From an uncultured virus (IMG/VR IMGVR_UViG_2850943043_000004) (Duplodnaviria; Heunggongvirae; Uroviricota; Caudoviricetes), in the IMG/VR virus record IMGVR_UViG_2850943043_000004, positions 1-64,000 of that record: DNA of 64,000 bases; one strand, 5' to 3'. The first letter of the stretch is position 1, and every line of letters begins with the position of its first letter. The translations under genes were made by a program, and so were the position numbers. The notes beneath the pieces are model-generated. The model had not been told where the DNA came from. It saw nothing but the letters and a program-made list of their open reading frames with translations, and made no database searches. Shown piece by piece: positions 60,468 through 64,000 of the stretch.

Positions 60468-61429
60468 TTGTTTTTCGCTAGTATGTTAACAGCTCCAGGT
60501 TATTGAGATGAATTCTAAGCCATATAGAGTGATTATCGTAATCTAAAAACATGCCTATCGTAAAAATATTTAAAGAGCTTAAAAATCCAGTAAACATAAG
60601 GGTATTTGCTGTATCGAATGGTAATTAGGGGATAAACGATCGTAAAACATAAGTGAGAGTAGGGGAAGTGGCTGCTTTATCTAAATATTGATGAAAACGA
60701 GGTAATTTGAAAAGGGAAAAATGTTGATATAAAAGGCTTTTACGATAGCGATTACGATATGAAAAAGGGTAATTTTGATGTGGAATTAGGAAAATGAAAA
60801 TTTGGATAGGGTGTGGAAATGGAAGTGCTATGGGTACATCTGTTCCCTTAATTTTACCATTAGATGTAAATATACCCCCATATATTGGTATTGTAATGCG
60901 TGTATAAGGAACATTATACGTGCATTTGATGACTTGAGCAGGTTTGTGCCAGTGCTATCATAATTCCAGGCCAAACACAAGAATTAATTTTAAAAAAATA
61001 AATTGATTAGCAATTTGAAAATGAATAACCATTCATTAACAAATAATCGTATTTATAACGAATCCGAGGGAATCGAAGACATATTTATTTTATCCTCATC
61101 ACTATACTTATCCTTTTATCCAATCATATGTCCTACACTAACCACTCATCACTCTACACTAACCTAATCCGATTCCCACATCATATATACACCACACTCA
61201 TCATCATCCAATTTAATCACACTCACACGCTCTCAAATTGAATATAACACCTCTCTAAGCATCCTTAATCAATTCCCAATCCATTTACATTCTTGTTCAT
61301 TCAAACAGCACACAAGGCATCTTAATACCATCCATCAACACATAAATAACTTACCGCAAATATAAAAAATATGTATATAAAAATCATGAATTATGTTATA
61401 ATAGAGTCATAGGAAAGGAGGTGTACATA

Positions 61430-61606
61430 GTGCTTGAGAGAGTGGGTATCATAGTTGCTTTCCTCATATCTTTAACGGTTCTCACAATCAACAGTCTAAC
61501 AATAGTTGAGAAGATAAGAAACCTAAAGAATGGGACAAGCAAAAAGAAAAAGCGTATACGCAAGCGGCTCCGACCAAAGAGACAACGCCAACGTATACGC
61601 CGATGA
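61430..61606 (+). CDS. yonT: Type I toxin YonT
   Basis: GTG after AAGGAGGTG; one TM plus highly basic tail. Confidence 0.9.
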   Translation: MLERVGIIVAFLISLTVLTINSLTIVEKIRNLKNGTSKKKKRIRKRLRPKRQRQRIRR

Positions 61607-61624
61607 GAGCTAAGCTAAAGGGGA

Positions 61625-61876
61625 ATGAACTTCTCCTTTAGTTCCTACCCATATTATAACATGATCAAGCACATTGTAAACATGAAACGATTCTCACTAT
61701 GGTGTACCCATATCACATTCATTGGCTTATTCTTAATGTTTCTACTCATTAAAGATTACTTCAGCAGCGAAGCACAAACACTAATCAATATAATATTCAT
61801 AGTCACATGTATCATTGCCATATTGTTGTGGATCATCTATTTTGTATTCCTTAAACTAAGAAACAAGTCACACTAA
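61625..61876 (+). CDS. yoyJ: Membrane protein YoyJ (second SR6 target)
   Basis: 83 aa, two TM, directly after yonT. Confidence 0.8.
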   Translation: MNFSFSSYPYYNMIKHIVNMKRFSLWCTHITFIGLFLMFLLIKDYFSSEAQTLINIIFIVTCIIAILLWIIYFVFLKLRNKSH

Positions 61877-61920
61877 TCTTATAGGCCTCATGGTATAATT
61901 AAATCATTGAGGTGAGATGA

Positions 61921-62109
61921 TTGGAGAAAAAATTCCTGGATGCTATTCGGCAGCTGGCAAAGGAATTGGAAATGCTCAAGAAAGATATTGACTCCATCAA
62001 AGAAGCAACTGTCAGAATTGATAAAGACCTTTTAGAGTACAGAGAAGAGATAAGCAAAGTAAAACAAGGTGATTCAGTATTAATCATGCAGCAACATAAG
62101 GATAATTAA
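61921..62109 (+). CDS. yonU: Small coiled-coil protein YonU
   Basis: Synteny; SD GAGGTG. Confidence 0.7.
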   Translation: MEKKFLDAIRQLAKELEMLKKDIDSIKEATVRIDKDLLEYREEISKVKQGDSVLIMQQHKDN

Positions 62110-62189
62110 ATATGCGTTATAAATAAGGGAGCGGTAAGGCAATTATCGTTCCTTATTTTCAATACAAAATTAAAATATAAGGAGAATAT

Positions 62190-63398
62190 ATGGAAAGAGT
62201 TAAAGTGATCGATTCTATTATGGGTAGCGGTAAAACATCTGCAGCAATTGACATGATAAATAATTCAGGGACAGACGAAAATTTTATTTTCATTACACCG
62301 TACTTGGATGAAGTGGATCGCATTAAGAAGAGCATAAGCAGTAAACAAATTTATGAACCTAAAGTAAAGAAGAAAGGTGACAAAACACAATATAAGTTTG
62401 AGTCATTTCATGAACTTTTATCTCAGAACAAAAATATTGTTGCTACACATAATCTATTCAAAAATGCTAATGACGAAACAAAGGAGCTGATCCTTTCAGG
62501 CAACTATACATTGATATTAGATGAAGTTATGGAAGTAGTTGAACAGTTACGCGTTAAGAAGCATGATCTTACTACACTATTTGAATCAAAGTTAATATAT
62601 GTTGAAGACGGATTTGTCAAATGGAACGAAGAAAAAAAGGACTATGAAACTCGCTATGATGATATCCGTGATATGGCTTTAAACAATAATCTGATGTACT
62701 TTAAAGATAATATATTGATTTGGAATTTTCCTGCAGATATATTCAAGTTGTTTAAAGAAGTTTACATACTTACTTACATGTTTGATGCTCAAATACAAAG
62801 ATATTATTATGATATAAATAATATCAAGTATCAAAAATACGTTTCTGAATTTATAGATGGGCAGTACAGGTTTACAAAGCATAATACTGAATATGAGAGT
62901 ATTCTAAAGGCTCAATTAAGAAATAAAATAAAAATATATGAAGGTAACTTGAATACAGTTGGCCAATTGGATTATTCATTATCATCTAATTGGTATAAAA
63001 ATAAATCACCATATACGATCAAGAAGGTAAAGAACAATGTATTCAATTACTTTAACAACATTGTTAAGTCATCAAGTGATGAAGCTATGTGGACGACTTA
63101 TTCAGAACACAAAAACAAAGTAAAGGGGAATGGGTATACAAAAGGGTTTGTGTCATGTAATGCAAGAGCTACCAATGATTTTAAGCACAAAAAACACTTG
63201 GTGTATACAATAAACAGATACGTTAACACTGTTCTATATAATTATTTTAAAGAGAAATATCAAATAACAATTGATCAAGATGCATTTGCATTATCCGAAT
63301 TAGTACAATGGATTTGGAGATCTGCAATAAGAGATGGTGAAGAAATAACATTATACATACCTTCATTAAGGATGAGGGGTTACTCGTTGATTGGTTAA
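62190..63398 (+). CDS. yonV: SF2 helicase-like P-loop protein YonV
   Basis: DSIMGSGKTS, LILDEV, QWIWRSAIRDG; true end probably about 63408 after a frameshift. Confidence 0.8.
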   Translation: MERVKVIDSIMGSGKTSAAIDMINNSGTDENFIFITPYLDEVDRIKKSISSKQIYEPKVKKKGDKTQYKFESFHELLSQNKNIVATHNLFKNANDETKELILSGNYTLILDEVMEVVEQLRVKKHDLTTLFESKLIYVEDGFVKWNEEKKDYETRYDDIRDMALNNNLMYFKDNILIWNFPADIFKLFKEVYILTYMFDAQIQRYYYDINNIKYQKYVSEFIDGQYRFTKHNTEYESILKAQLRNKIKIYEGNLNTVGQLDYSLSSNWYKNKSPYTIKKVKNNVFNYFNNIVKSSSDEAMWTTYSEHKNKVKGNGYTKGFVSCNARATNDFKHKKHLVYTINRYVNTVLYNYFKEKYQITIDQDAFALSELVQWIWRSAIRDGEEITLYIPSLRMRGYSLIG

Positions 63399-63649
63399 AT
63401 GGGTAGTTAAAGAGAATAAACCTCTTAAACTCTAAAAAAAGCTCAGTAATACCAAGGTTTTTCCCGTCTAAGTCTTTAAGAGAGACAAAAATAAATTAAA
63501 TGATAAAATAAGAGAATGGGGGTGCTGCTAATTGTTCAAAACGGTTCGTTCCTCACCTGAACAATTTTTGCTCACACCACCCCCAAACCCCCTCATGAGC
63601 CAATATTTTAGAGTGTATGATAAAAATAAAAAATATGTATAATAAATTG

Positions 63650-63678
63650 TTGATAATTATGGATAATCAGGTTATAAT
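63650..63678 (+). promoter_or_regulatory. SigA-type promoter
   Basis: TTGATA-17 nt-TATAAT. Confidence 0.7.
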
Positions 63679-63745
63679 AAAATTAACAAATACAAAAAAT
63701 ATAAACATTATAAAATGCATATTTTAAACAGAAAGGAATTTAAAA

Positions 63746-63937
63746 ATGAGGAAACGTTTAATTGGTCAATACTTACGTGCTGTGCAAAATCGAAAACATA
63801 AAAAAGGTAATATGAATGAATTTGAAATAGCAGGCCAGTATTTATGTCGCATTAAGGAATTTCAATGGGATTCTTCTATGGATGAAAATAAGGATTTTTG
63901 GATGAAAGTTAAGAAATTAGTTGATGAAAATAGATGA
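63746..63937 (+). CDS. Hypothetical protein
   Basis: 63 aa ORF with SD GAAAGGA downstream of promoter. Confidence 0.55.
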   Translation: MRKRLIGQYLRAVQNRKHKKGNMNEFEIAGQYLCRIKEFQWDSSMDENKDFWMKVKKLVDENR

Positions 63938-64000
63938 AGATAGTTTGTAAGTTATATGCTCCCAATTAAGTGTTTGTGAGGTGTTTTCTTTGTTTCATTC

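Overview
Bacillus subtilis-group chromosomal DNA (ymzC-ymzA-nrdI-nrdE-nrdF-ymaB-cwlC-spoVK 5' half, 1-6966) followed by about 57 kb of an SPbeta-like prophage integrated inside spoVK (junction about 6966; the prophage runs past the window end). The prophage part has three sections. (1) An accessory arm: HTH ORF, GNAT, YokF nuclease, SunI/YnzG-like protein, a secreted HNH protein, an LXG-HNH toxin, three SMI1/KNR4 genes, a BsrE/H-type type I TA, a PD-(D/E)XK nuclease, SOS-regulated yolD-uvrX and a Rap-Phr pair. (2) The minus-strand late cluster: lysis, tail, head, terminase, HU and the YonO RNA polymerase. (3) The start of the divergent cluster: yonT-yoyJ-yonU-yonV. Many genes, including essential host nrdE, are broken by single-base losses, often in homopolymers; these are most likely assembly errors. 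The most striking unexplained feature is a roughly 1.6 kb ORF-free, densely base-paired minus-strand region between the HU gene and yonK. It begins with a tRNA-like module and is a candidate giant phage ncRNA. Also notable: an open reading frame that runs back through the att junction, a dispersed ATAAAA-N6-TTTTAT palindrome, and apparent non-canonical start codons in late genes. SPbeta gene names come from recalled similarity and synteny, not from a database search.
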